Shown in pieces: positions 19,341-28,054 of a stretch of 64,000 nt of DNA. This DNA comes from Candidatus Woesebacteria bacterium (GTDB lineage: Bacteria; Patescibacteriota; Microgenomatia; UBA8517), in the NCBI GenBank assembly GCA_013374855.1, contig CP055308.1, positions 401,833 to 465,832 on the forward strand, given 5' to 3'. A program made the position numbers and the translations under genes. Each line of letters begins with the position of its first letter. Position 1 is the first letter of the stretch. The notes under the pieces were generated by a model. That model did no database searches, was not told where the DNA came from, and saw only the letters and a program-made list of their open reading frames with translations.

Positions 19341-19630
19341 GTTGTTATGATTAATAAAGGGTTGGGTTAAGCAACTCTTGCAGGCAGATTTGGAGATAAA
19401 AATACGTTGGTGTACTTAACCCACATCGGCGGATTTTTGTCTTATATGATTATCATATTAAAAGAAATTTAGTGAGTAAAAATCCAGTTGCGTATGCACG
19501 GGAGGATTGAGAGAAGGGTAACACTTCTTTCTTTTTCTTTTTTAGTCCCGCCGCCGTCCGAAAAAACCCTCTTGGGTTTCTAGGAAGCGAGCAACAAAAC
19601 ACCTCTGAATTTGAAAAAAGTTTAATCTTG

Positions 19631-19701
19631 TCGGGGTGGGCGGAATTGAACCGCCGCCAGACGCACCCCATGCGCCTATTCTACCGTTAAACTACACCCC
19701 G
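19631..19701 (-). tRNA. tRNA-Pro (anticodon GGG)
   Basis: Manual fold of the reverse complement: acceptor CGGGGTG/CACCCCG with the C1-G72 pair typical of bacterial tRNA-Pro, D-loop with GG, anticodon stem GGCGC/GCGTC, loop ATGGGGT (U33, GGG, G37), T-stem GGCGG/CCGCC with loop TTCAATT, discriminator A; CCA not encoded. Confidence 0.8.
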
Positions 19702-19776
19702 TAAAACTGACAAGGTCCGTCCTTGTCAGTTAATTTACTCTTGTATTTTATCAAAAACTATGATAAAAGGGTAGAA

Positions 19777-20859
19777 ATGGCAAAGAAGAAAAAAGAATTA
19801 AAAGAGCTTCAGTTTCAGGAAAGTTCTTCAGCTAAGCTTCAAGCAATAAGAATGGCTATGGAGCAGATTGAAAAGCAGTATGGTAAGGGTTCTATTATGC
19901 GGCTTGGCGAGCGAACAGAAGAGCAGAGAAAAGTTGAGGTTATTCCAACGGGCTCTATTGCTTTGGATATAGCTTTGGGTGTCGGGGGTTTCCCCAGAGG
20001 AAGAATTATTGAGATTTACGGTCCTGAAGCATCGGGCAAAACTACCCTTGCTTTGTCTGTTATTGCTGAAGCGCAAAAAAGAGGCGGGCAGTGCGCGTTT
20101 GTTGATGCTGAGCATGCTTTGGATCCAGAGCGTGCTGAGACGTTGGGGGTTAATCTTGATGACCTGCTTTTATCCCAGCCGGATACTGGAGAACAAGCGC
20201 TTGAGATAACCGAGACCTTGGTAAGATCCGGCGCTTTAGATGTTATTGTTGTTGATTCGGTTGCCGCTCTTGTTCCAAGAGCTGAGCTTGAAGGTGAAAT
20301 GGGAGATGCTGTTGTTGGTTTGCAGGCGCGTCTTATGAGTCAAGCCTTAAGAAAGCTTACAGGTGCAATTTCAAAGTCAAAAACGATTCTTATTTTTACT
20401 AATCAGTTAAGGCAAAAGATTGGCGTAATGTTTGGAAATCCTGAGACAACGCCGGGCGGGCTTGCTCTTAAATTTTATGCCTCAGTCAGGATTGACTTAA
20501 GAAGAATTGAGGTGCTGAAAGATGGGGAGCAGGTTATTGGTTCGCGCCATAGAGCAAGGATTGTTAAAAATAAGGTGGCGCCTCCTTTGAGAGTAGCTGA
20601 GTTTGATATTACCAACAAAGAAGGTATTTCAAAAGCAGGCGGGCTTCTGGATGTTGCGGTTGACTTGGGGATAATGGAAAAGAAGGGCTCGTTTTTCAAC
20701 TATGAAGGAAAGCCTATTGCCCAAGGAAGGGAGGCGGCCAAAGCCTTTATTGCGGAAAACGATAAACTCTCAGCAGAAATAGAGAAAAAAATTAGAGAGA
20801 AATTGGACTCTGGCGAGAGTGTCCCAAAAGAAATAGGAGAAGTATCAGATGCTGAGTAG
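19777..20859 (+). CDS. recA: recombinase RecA
   Basis: Walker [13 protein letters not shown], conserved [22 protein letters not shown]2 loop region; start at MAKKKKELK (track ORF starts at 19723). Confidence 0.95.
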   Translation: MAKKKKELKELQFQESSSAKLQAIRMAMEQIEKQYGKGSIMRLGERTEEQRKVEVIPTGSIALDIALGVGGFPRGRIIEIYGPEASGKTTLALSVIAEAQKRGGQCAFVDAEHALDPERAETLGVNLDDLLLSQPDTGEQALEITETLVRSGALDVIVVDSVAALVPRAELEGEMGDAVVGLQARLMSQALRKLTGAISKSKTILIFTNQLRQKIGVMFGNPETTPGGLALKFYASVRIDLRRIEVLKDGEQVIGSRHRARIVKNKVAPPLRVAEFDITNKEGISKAGGLLDVAVDLGIMEKKGSFFNYEGKPIAQGREAAKAFIAENDKLSAEIEKKIREKLDSGESVPKEIGEVSDAE

Positions 20860-20871
20860 ATTAGGCTTTAT

Positions 20872-21489
20872 ATGCCCTTGATTACTTCAATCAGGCTTCA
20901 GAAAGACAAAAAAAGAGCCAATGTTTATATTGACGGAAAGTTTGCTTTTTCTATTGATAACTTTAATCTTTTGAAGTTTGGTTTGAAGGAAGGGAAAGAA
21001 ATTTCAAAAGAGAGGGTTCTTGAGGTAATTAGGAAGGCAGAGGGTGAGAAAATTTGGGAAAAACTTTTAAAGTTTGTCTCTTTTCGCCAGCGAACAGAAA
21101 AGGAAATAAAAGATTGGTTTAAAAAAAAGAAATTGCCGGATGTTTTTTGTGAAAGATATCTCAATAAGCTTAAAAAGCTGGGTTTGGTGGACGATAAGCG
21201 TTTTGCCTATTCTTTTATCCAAGACAGGCTTTCTTTTCGTCCGAAGCCTAAAAAAGTCTTAAGTTTGGAGCTTTTGGAAAAGGGTATTCCAAGAGAAATT
21301 GTAGAAGAAGTCTTGGAAAGCTTTGATATTGATGAGGAATCTCAGGCTAAAAAACTTCTTGCCAAATACAAGAATAGATGGAAGGGGTTGGATGCAAATT
21401 TGGCGCGGCAAAAGGAGGCGCGGTTTCTTTTAGGAAAAGGCTACAGCTTTGAGATTGTCAAAAGAATAGTATTTGACGAGGAGGGGTAA
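20872..21489 (+). CDS. recX: regulatory protein RecX
   Basis: 205-aa helical-repeat protein immediately downstream of recA; repeated ...FAYSFIQDRL.../...ARFLLGKGYSFE... three-helix motifs. Confidence 0.8.
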   Translation: MPLITSIRLQKDKKRANVYIDGKFAFSIDNFNLLKFGLKEGKEISKERVLEVIRKAEGEKIWEKLLKFVSFRQRTEKEIKDWFKKKKLPDVFCERYLNKLKKLGLVDDKRFAYSFIQDRLSFRPKPKKVLSLELLEKGIPREIVEEVLESFDIDEESQAKKLLAKYKNRWKGLDANLARQKEARFLLGKGYSFEIVKRIVFDEEG

Positions 21490-21585
21490 AAAGAGATAAA
21501 ATAGAAAAAGGAGAAAGTTATGGCGAAAGTAAGAATGTATTTTTCTTTGGCTTCTTAAGCTAGAATTTAGCCTCTTTCTCTTTTT

Positions 21586-22839
21586 TTGGGTATGACAAGC
21601 AAAGACGACATATCTGTTTTAATTGAAGAAATCAAAAAGGAGCGGCTTGCTTTGGAGAAGAAAAAGGCAGAGGTTGAAAAAATGGAAGAGCAGATAAAAG
21701 AGCTTCTTTCCAAGACAGCCAAGATGACGGTTGAGGAGGCAAAAAAAGCTCTTCTTGAACAGGTTGCTAAAGAATTAAACAGCGAAGTAGCCAAAAGAGT
21801 ACGGCAGGCAGAAGAAAGGATAAAGCTTGAAGCGGAGGAAAAAGCAAGGGAAATTTTGGTTGATGCGATGCGGCATGGTGCCACAAATTACACAGCGGAG
21901 TACACAATATCCACAGTTGTTGTGCCAAATGAGGAAATAAAGGGAAGGATAATTGGCGCGGGAGGAAGAAATATCAGGGTATTTGAGAAGGAAACAGGTT
22001 GTGAGCTTGAGATGGACGAGACAAATATTATTCGTATATCTTCTTTTGATTCAATAAGAAGAGAGGTGGCTCGCCGTTCTCTTGAAATTTTGATAAAAGA
22101 TACAAGAATCCAGCCATCAAGGATTGAGGAGGTTGTAAGGCAGGTAAGAAGCGGTATGGAGGAGATTTTACTTGAGGAGGGAAGATTGATAGCAGAAACT
22201 TGCGGCGTTTATAATTTGCCGACGGATATTATAAAGCTTTTAGGAAGATATAAGTTTAGGACTTCCTATGGGCAAAATCTTGGGCTTCACACAATAGAGG
22301 AGACAAAAATTGGTGTATCGATTGCAAATGAGATAGGCGCTAATGTGGAAGTTGTTCGCATGGGGTGTTTGCTGCATGATATTGGCAAAGTTGTGACAGA
22401 AGAGGAGGGAAATCATGTAGATGTTGGTGTTTCGGTTTTGAAAAAGTATGGTTTTCCCAAGGAGGTTGTTAATGCCGTTGCTGAGCATCATGAAGACAAA
22501 CCCTTTTCTTCTGTGGAAAGTGTGATAGTTTGGATTGCAGATGCGATATCAGGTTCGCGTCCTGGTGCAAGGTATGAACCCCATGAGGAATATGTCAAAA
22601 GAATGGAGAAAATAGAGGAGATAGCTAAACGCTTTGAGGGAGTTGCCGAGGCTTATGCATTTCAGGCAGGGCGGGATTTGCGAGTTATTGTATCTCCGGA
22701 TGAGGTTGATGATGATAGGTTAACTATTCTTTCAAGAGAAATTGCGAAAAGCCTAGAGAAAGAAGCAGAATACGCAGGACAAATAAAAGTGACAGTAATT
22801 CGTGAGGTCAGGGCTACAAGCACCACTTCTGCAAAGTAA
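21586..22839 (+). CDS. rny: ribonuclease Y (KH plus HD domains), apparently lacking the N-terminal membrane anchor
   Basis: KH domain GAGGRNIRVFEKETGCELEMDE; HD domain LLHDIGK...; ORF starts with TTG/ATG directly at the coiled-coil region; upstream in-frame stop at 21568-21570. Confidence 0.88.
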   Translation: MGMTSKDDISVLIEEIKKERLALEKKKAEVEKMEEQIKELLSKTAKMTVEEAKKALLEQVAKELNSEVAKRVRQAEERIKLEAEEKAREILVDAMRHGATNYTAEYTISTVVVPNEEIKGRIIGAGGRNIRVFEKETGCELEMDETNIIRISSFDSIRREVARRSLEILIKDTRIQPSRIEEVVRQVRSGMEEILLEEGRLIAETCGVYNLPTDIIKLLGRYKFRTSYGQNLGLHTIEETKIGVSIANEIGANVEVVRMGCLLHDIGKVVTEEEGNHVDVGVSVLKKYGFPKEVVNAVAEHHEDKPFSSVESVIVWIADAISGSRPGARYEPHEEYVKRMEKIEEIAKRFEGVAEAYAFQAGRDLRVIVSPDEVDDDRLTILSREIAKSLEKEAEYAGQIKVTVIREVRATSTTSAK

Positions 22840-22847
22840 TTCTATCC

Positions 22848-22952
22848 TTACCGGGTTTGGTACAGGTTTGCTTACCTGGAATATTTATCTTTTTAGAATT
22901 GCGAGGCTTTAAAAAACCTTGTTTGCAAAGCTAGACCAAACCGGGTGAGGAT
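22848..22952. repeat. structured intergenic repeat element, copy A (about 105 nt)
   Basis: cttaccgggtttggtacagg...acctggaatatttatctttttagaattgcgaggctttaaaaaaccttgtttgcaaagc...accaaaccgggtgagga; about 88% identical to copy C by eye; terminal inverted arms ccgggtttggt/accaaacc(g)gg. Confidence 0.7.
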
Positions 22953-23095
22953 TTGTGAGGATTTCAAGGCCATTTCTCCTCAGTGTGGTAATTATGTCAC
23001 CCGGTTTTATTCTCATCAACATAGTCTAACTGACTATGTTGCAAATGTGATGTCAGAATACGCTGGGGTTGTTCTCTTAATGTAATTTTGTCATA

Positions 23096-25102
23096 ATGGT
23101 GCAGGATATGTCTGACAATAGGCCTCTGAATGGGAAATTTGCCGTTCTTGTTTTGCTTTTCTGCTTTTTAAATTTTTCTTTTCCTAGTGGAGTAAAGGCG
23201 CAATACGATTCTACAGACTATCTTATTAATTTGATTGACAGTGCGAAGGATTACTGGTTAGGGCAACAGCAACCGTCGGGGAATTTCTATGATGAAGTTG
23301 ATAAAAAGCTTTCCCCAGATGATCACTATGGCCATACTCACCTTGGGGCAGTATTTATATGGATGGGAGTGAGGGAGGGTAATAGTGATCTAGTAGACAG
23401 GGGTGTGAAGGCAATAGAATATTATTTGGCTACGCCCAATAAAGGACACCAACCCTTTAATCAATTGGCCATCTCTTGGGCGTATAGCCTTATTGCTAAC
23501 AACAATAAATATAAATTTAACAAAAACACTTGGGAAAGTTACTTGAAGAATTCTTCTGTGATGAGTAAACAAGAAGGATGCAAAAAGTATACCAATAATT
23601 GGAATCTTGTAGAAGCAGTCGCTGGAAAGCAGATAACAATGACAGGTCTTAATTATGATAAAGTCTGGGACAGATGTGATAGTTTTATGGTTGATGTTGT
23701 CCCTGGCACTTTGACCAAAGATGGTTTGGGCGGAGATCCTGGCACATGGCCACTCTCTTATCATGCTTTTTCTACAGCGCTTGTTGCTCGTTACCTTCGC
23801 TTGGTTGCCCAGAAGGGCGATGGTGATTATTCTCGAATTAAAGATTATTTCTTAAGAATGGTCGATACTCAGCTGAATCTAATGGCTCCAGACGGAGACT
23901 TTGCCTTTTTTGGTAGGAGCAGTGAGCAAAGTTTTGTTCTTATGTCAATGGCCTATTCATTTGAGATCGCTTCTACATTAGGAACTGACAAAGCTGGGCA
24001 GTATAAAAAGGCTGCTTATTTGGTAATTGAACGTTTCAAGAGGTATCATGGTCTGAATGAACGTGGTTTTGTGAATATAGTTCCTAAGATGAGGTATAAG
24101 GGTGAGTTAAATAGAGATGGCTTGGATAGTTATGCTCACCTGAGTGTTTATAATGGACTTACCTTGTTATTGGCTGCTTGGACTTACGAGGTCTCGGTAA
24201 ACACAAAGGGTATCTCCTTTCGGGACATACCTTCAGAAAGTAACTTCTTCTACCTGGAAGAAAGCGGACCAGGATTTGCGGTACTGAGATACGGTAACCT
24301 CTGGTTTTTGGTGTCAGGTAGTAGTTATAATTACTATAACAGGGATGTGAGATACGATTTTGGTCTAATTAGGGCCAAAAAGAAGGTTGGTACTGTTTGG
24401 TTGGATATTTTGCCAGTGCGACCCCTTATATTGGCTGACAAAGATGACCCCAATCGTAGTTATAAGTATTCCCTCGCTCCTAGGGGTTTTTATAATGGGG
24501 GCCCATTTGTACTAGTTGGCAATAAATTGAAAATTGTTAGCCCTGGTGCGGTTGAAGTGGTTGCGAACCTTGTTGACAGGAACACGTTCAGGGATACAGG
24601 GATGACGGTTTCTGTCGTTTATATTACAGATGGAGACACGATAGAGATGAGAGTTTCTCGATTTCCTGATATGGTTAGGAATTATTATGTGAGCTTTCTT
24701 TTTAGAGAGAAACCCATCCGTAAGAGGGATGGATATGGGAATGTGGTACTTACGGATGGTAAGGTGGCAATTTCGTTGAGTGAAAATCTAGTCTTGGATT
24801 ATCTCACAAATTCAGATATACAATCTTTTAGTAATAGCGAAAGCGGTACTATCTTTTGGGATAGATTTGAGCTACCGAATCCCAATAAGGATGTTATTGT
24901 TAGGGTTTCGTTTGAGGCGCCTCTTTCTGATTTAAACAGCGATGGTAAAGTAGATATCTTTGACTACAACATACTAATCTCAAACTTTGGAAAAACAGGC
25001 TCTCCTGGATGGATACCAGCAGATATTAACAAAGATGGCAAAGTGGATATATTTGACTATAGCGTTCTTGTAGAAGGGTTTGGAAGAGATATTGTTTATT
25101 GA
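23096..25102 (+). CDS. secreted protein with C-terminal type-I dockerin-like duplicated Ca-binding segment; large N-terminal domain unassigned (possibly an alpha/alpha-toroid polysaccharide lyase/hydrolase-like fold)
   Basis: Signal peptide FAVLVLLFCFLNFSFPSGVKAQ; C-terminus DLNSDGKVDIFDYNILISNFG...DINKDGKVDIFDYSVLVEGFG, two DxNxDGxVDxxD dockerin repeats. Confidence 0.65.
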   Translation: MVQDMSDNRPLNGKFAVLVLLFCFLNFSFPSGVKAQYDSTDYLINLIDSAKDYWLGQQQPSGNFYDEVDKKLSPDDHYGHTHLGAVFIWMGVREGNSDLVDRGVKAIEYYLATPNKGHQPFNQLAISWAYSLIANNNKYKFNKNTWESYLKNSSVMSKQEGCKKYTNNWNLVEAVAGKQITMTGLNYDKVWDRCDSFMVDVVPGTLTKDGLGGDPGTWPLSYHAFSTALVARYLRLVAQKGDGDYSRIKDYFLRMVDTQLNLMAPDGDFAFFGRSSEQSFVLMSMAYSFEIASTLGTDKAGQYKKAAYLVIERFKRYHGLNERGFVNIVPKMRYKGELNRDGLDSYAHLSVYNGLTLLLAAWTYEVSVNTKGISFRDIPSESNFFYLEESGPGFAVLRYGNLWFLVSGSSYNYYNRDVRYDFGLIRAKKKVGTVWLDILPVRPLILADKDDPNRSYKYSLAPRGFYNGGPFVLVGNKLKIVSPGAVEVVANLVDRNTFRDTGMTVSVVYITDGDTIEMRVSRFPDMVRNYYVSFLFREKPIRKRDGYGNVVLTDGKVAISLSENLVLDYLTNSDIQSFSNSESGTIFWDRFELPNPNKDVIVRVSFEAPLSDLNSDGKVDIFDYNILISNFGKTGSPGWIPADINKDGKVDIFDYSVLVEGFGRDIVY

Positions 25103-25120
25103 GGAGTAGTTTTCTTGTCA

Positions 25121-25187
25121 GATTAATCTTAGAATTACGAGGCTTTTAGAAACATTATTTTGCAAGGTTGGGAAGGGTTAAGGATTT
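25121..25187. repeat. structured intergenic repeat element, copy B (diverged, lacks left arm)
   Basis: gattaatcttagaattacgaggcttttagaaacattattttgcaaggttgggaagggttaaggattt aligns with the central and right parts of copies A and C (about 70% by eye). Confidence 0.5.
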
Positions 25188-25209
25188 ATGCTCTTCTTTC
25201 CTCTGATCT

Positions 25210-26538
25210 GTGATAAAATCAGAATTGATTATGTCTGGTCGAAGTTCTGAAAAACTTCCCTATTCCCTTTTTGAATTTCCTAATGGTTTGCAAGTAGTTT
25301 TTTGGCCTCTTTCTGGAGTTGAGGTTGTTTGTTTTGGTGTTAGAGTAAGGGCCGGTGGTTGGTGCGAGACTAATCTTAAAAGAGGAATTTTCCACTTTCT
25401 TGAACATGCTCTTGTTCAGGGCACAAAAAATTTTCCTTCTTTTAGGAAACTTTCGCAGAGACAAGAAGATCTTGGTTTGAGGACAGATAATGGTGTTTCT
25501 GGCGATTTTTCTTTTTACCAATGGTCCATTCCTAAAGAAAATTTTTCAAAAGGCTTGGAGCTTTTGGCTGAATATATCTTTGACCCCCTTTTCCCTCAAG
25601 ATGGGATTGAAAGGGAAAGGGAGATTATTCTTCAAGAATATCAAGATTATTGGGATTCGCCTTACCATCGGTTTGTAAAAGCTTTGTCCGAGAGTTTCTG
25701 GGGGAAAGATCATCCTTACACTCTAGACGCTTTAGGAACAAGAGAGGGAATTACAACCATTAACAGAGATGACATTATCAAAGTTCACCGGAAATGGTAC
25801 AAACCTCGGAATATGGTCTTGGTGGTGGTAGGAGATCTAAAAGAGAAAGAAGTCGAGGAGGTAGTGGGCAAATTTTTTGGCGCTAAGCCGTCGACTTCTT
25901 TCTTAGCTCCGTTGTCCTTTAGCAAACCCAAGTTCCAAAAGAATTACCTCTTGTGGTCAGAGAATTTTAAACAAGTGTCGTTTTGTCTTGCTTTCCCTAC
26001 TTTTGGGTATAAGGAAAGAGTAAAAAAAGAACAGCTTGCTTTGAGCATGCTTTCTTACATTTTGATAGATTCCCGTTGGTCAAGGCTAAGTATAAGGCTC
26101 AGAGAAAAAGAACCTCTTGCGTATTCTTTGTGGGGGGCATCTAGTCTTTATCCTCAAGGTGGTTTCCTTGATATTAACGCCTCTTTCTCTCCGGAGAATA
26201 CGGAAAAGATTTTAAAGGTTGTTTATGAAGAAGTAGAAAACATCAAAATGAAGGGAATAGAAAATGATGAATTTGAGAGAGCCAGGAAATATTTTTGCTA
26301 CGAATCATTAATGGGTTTTGATACTGTGTATAGTATTGCTATAAATCTAATTAGTTATCTTTTTCGTGAGGGGAAAGTCTTTCTTCCTCAAGATAGGATA
26401 AGAGAAATAAATAAGCTTAAAAAAAGCGATGTAGAAAGAATGGCAAGAGAAATTCTTGTCTACGAGAAATCTACTGCTGCGATTATGGCCAAAAAAGATC
26501 TTCTGGAGGAGCTCCAACTAATCAGGCTGCCTTGGTGA
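25210..26538 (+). CDS. M16 family zinc metallopeptidase (pitrilysin/insulinase-like)
   Basis: Inverted zinc motif HxxEH present as HFLEHAL; about 440-aa two-domain length typical of M16B. Confidence 0.8.
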   Translation: MIKSELIMSGRSSEKLPYSLFEFPNGLQVVFWPLSGVEVVCFGVRVRAGGWCETNLKRGIFHFLEHALVQGTKNFPSFRKLSQRQEDLGLRTDNGVSGDFSFYQWSIPKENFSKGLELLAEYIFDPLFPQDGIEREREIILQEYQDYWDSPYHRFVKALSESFWGKDHPYTLDALGTREGITTINRDDIIKVHRKWYKPRNMVLVVVGDLKEKEVEEVVGKFFGAKPSTSFLAPLSFSKPKFQKNYLLWSENFKQVSFCLAFPTFGYKERVKKEQLALSMLSYILIDSRWSRLSIRLREKEPLAYSLWGASSLYPQGGFLDINASFSPENTEKILKVVYEEVENIKMKGIENDEFERARKYFCYESLMGFDTVYSIAINLISYLFREGKVFLPQDRIREINKLKKSDVERMAREILVYEKSTAAIMAKKDLLEELQLIRLPW

Positions 26539-26569
26539 AATTAAGCCATCCTTACAATTTTTTCCTTTC

Positions 26570-26673
26570 CTTATCAGGTCTGGTATAGGTTTATCTACCT
26601 GGAATATTAATCTTTTTAAAATTGCAAGGCTTTAAAAAACCTTGTTTGCAAAGCCAAACCAAACCGGGTAAGG
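26570..26673. repeat. structured intergenic repeat element, copy C (about 104 nt)
   Basis: cttatcaggtctggtatagg...acctggaatattaatctttttaaaattgcaaggctttaaaaaaccttgtttgcaaagccaaaccaaaccgggtaagga. Confidence 0.7.
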
Positions 26674-26756
26674 AAAGTATTGTTTATTAACCATTAATCA
26701 TTAATTTATTACCCCATTTCTTGACTTTTAACCCTTTTCGTAATAGTATAGCCTTA

Positions 26757-27032
26757 ATGACAAAGAAACAGCTTGTTTATTTGGTTGCAAGGAAAGCGCA
26801 TCTTACTAAAAAGGCGGCATCTGAGGCAGTAGAAGTTTTTCTTTCGGAGATAGGCAGGGTATTGGCAAAAGGTGAAAAGGTTGTTCTTTCTGGTTTTGGT
26901 ACTTTTCGAGTTTCTCCAAGAAAAGGCAAAATGGTGAAAATTCCCAATTCTGATAAGCTCGTTCGCGTTAAGCCTTACAGGCTCCCTAAGTTTACTCCCG
27001 GTAAAACATTAAAGCATCAAGTCTCGCGTTGA
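26757..27032 (+). CDS. hup: DNA-binding protein HU
   Basis: MTKKQLVYLVARKAHLTKKAASEAVEVF...GFGTFRVSPRKGKMVKIPNSDKLVRVKPYRLPKFTPGK, HU/IHF fold with beta-arm RxGxNP-like segment; start at internal ATG. Confidence 0.9.
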   Translation: MTKKQLVYLVARKAHLTKKAASEAVEVFLSEIGRVLAKGEKVVLSGFGTFRVSPRKGKMVKIPNSDKLVRVKPYRLPKFTPGKTLKHQVSR

Positions 27033-27061
27033 TACTCGCTTCTTTGTAGTATACTAGGTTT

Positions 27062-28054
27062 ATGGAGAGGGTTATTTTGATTGATAAACTAGTTAAGGAA
27101 TTTGTTGTTAACACAAAAGAGCCAGGATTTTTTGCAGGTATAAGATCTGTCTTTAGACCTAAAAAGAAGCGGGTCTTGGCCTTGGACAACATTTCTTTTT
27201 CGGTAGATGAAGGAGAGCTTGTTGGTTTTATTGGCCCAAATGGTGCCGGGAAAACTACCACCCTTAAAATTCTTTCTGGACTTTTGTATCCCACCTCGGG
27301 ACTAGTGCAGGTTTTGGGGTTTGATCCATGGGAGAAAAATCATAAATACTTAAAAAATATAAGTCTTGTTATGGGTCAGAAGAATCAGCTCTGGTGGGAC
27401 TTGCCGGCTGTTGAGACATTTGAGCTAAATAGGGCGATTTACGAAATTCCCAACCGTGATTATAAAAGAAGTTTAGATGAGCTTGTCTCTTTGCTTGAAG
27501 TAGGTGGTCTCCTTAATGTTCCTGTAAGAAGATTATCGTTGGGACAGCGTATGCGTCTTGAACTTGTCGCGTCACTTCTACACCGCCCCCGCGTTCTGTT
27601 CTTGGATGAGCCGACTATTGGGCTTGATGTTTTAGGACAAACAAAAATAAGAGAATTTTTGGTGGATTACAACAGAAGGAGCGGAGCAACAATGATTCTT
27701 ACTTCGCACAATATGGATGATATTCTTAATGTTGTTAAAAGAGTTATTGTTATAAATAAAGGGAGACTGGTGTTTGATGGGCCATTTCATCTTTTGGTAG
27801 AGTCTTTTGCAAGGAAGAAAGTTGTTAAGATTTATCTTAGCGACAGTGCGGATATTAAAAAGTTTGAACAATATGGAAAAGTAGTTAAGGTTGATTTTCC
27901 GGAAGTGGTAATTTCTGTCCCAAGAGAGACTGTCGCTTTGACTTCAGCAGAAATTCTGCAAAATTTTCCGGTGGCTGATATTAACATTGAAGAAGAACCA
28001 CTTGAGGAGGTAATAAAAAAGGTCTTTAAGGGAGGGAAAGTCAAAGATGCATAA
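27062..28054 (+). CDS. ABC transporter ATP-binding protein (ABC-2 type exporter ATPase)
   Basis: Walker A GPNGAGKTT, signature LSLGQRMRLEL, Walker B LFLDEPTIGLD. Confidence 0.9.
   Translation: MERVILIDKLVKEFVVNTKEPGFFAGIRSVFRPKKKRVLALDNISFSVDEGELVGFIGPNGAGKTTTLKILSGLLYPTSGLVQVLGFDPWEKNHKYLKNISLVMGQKNQLWWDLPAVETFELNRAIYEIPNRDYKRSLDELVSLLEVGGLLNVPVRRLSLGQRMRLELVASLLHRPRVLFLDEPTIGLDVLGQTKIREFLVDYNRRSGATMILTSHNMDDILNVVKRVIVINKGRLVFDGPFHLLVESFARKKVVKIYLSDSADIKKFEQYGKVVKVDFPEVVISVPRETVALTSAEILQNFPVADINIEEEPLEEVIKKVFKGGKVKDA

Noticed and set aside
17681-19671. ORFs 17681-17914 (-) and 19453-19671 (-) sharing the peptide RRFNSAHPD
   Set aside because: Both simply translate the tRNA-Pro-derived direct repeat; the shared peptide comes from the repeated DNA and is not a gene family
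22848-22952. Interpreting the 100-nt repeat as a promoter or intrinsic terminator
   Set aside because: No -10 element is positioned after the TTGCAA-like hexamers, and the hairpin is not followed by a U-tract, so a structured repeat or RNA element of unknown function was preferred
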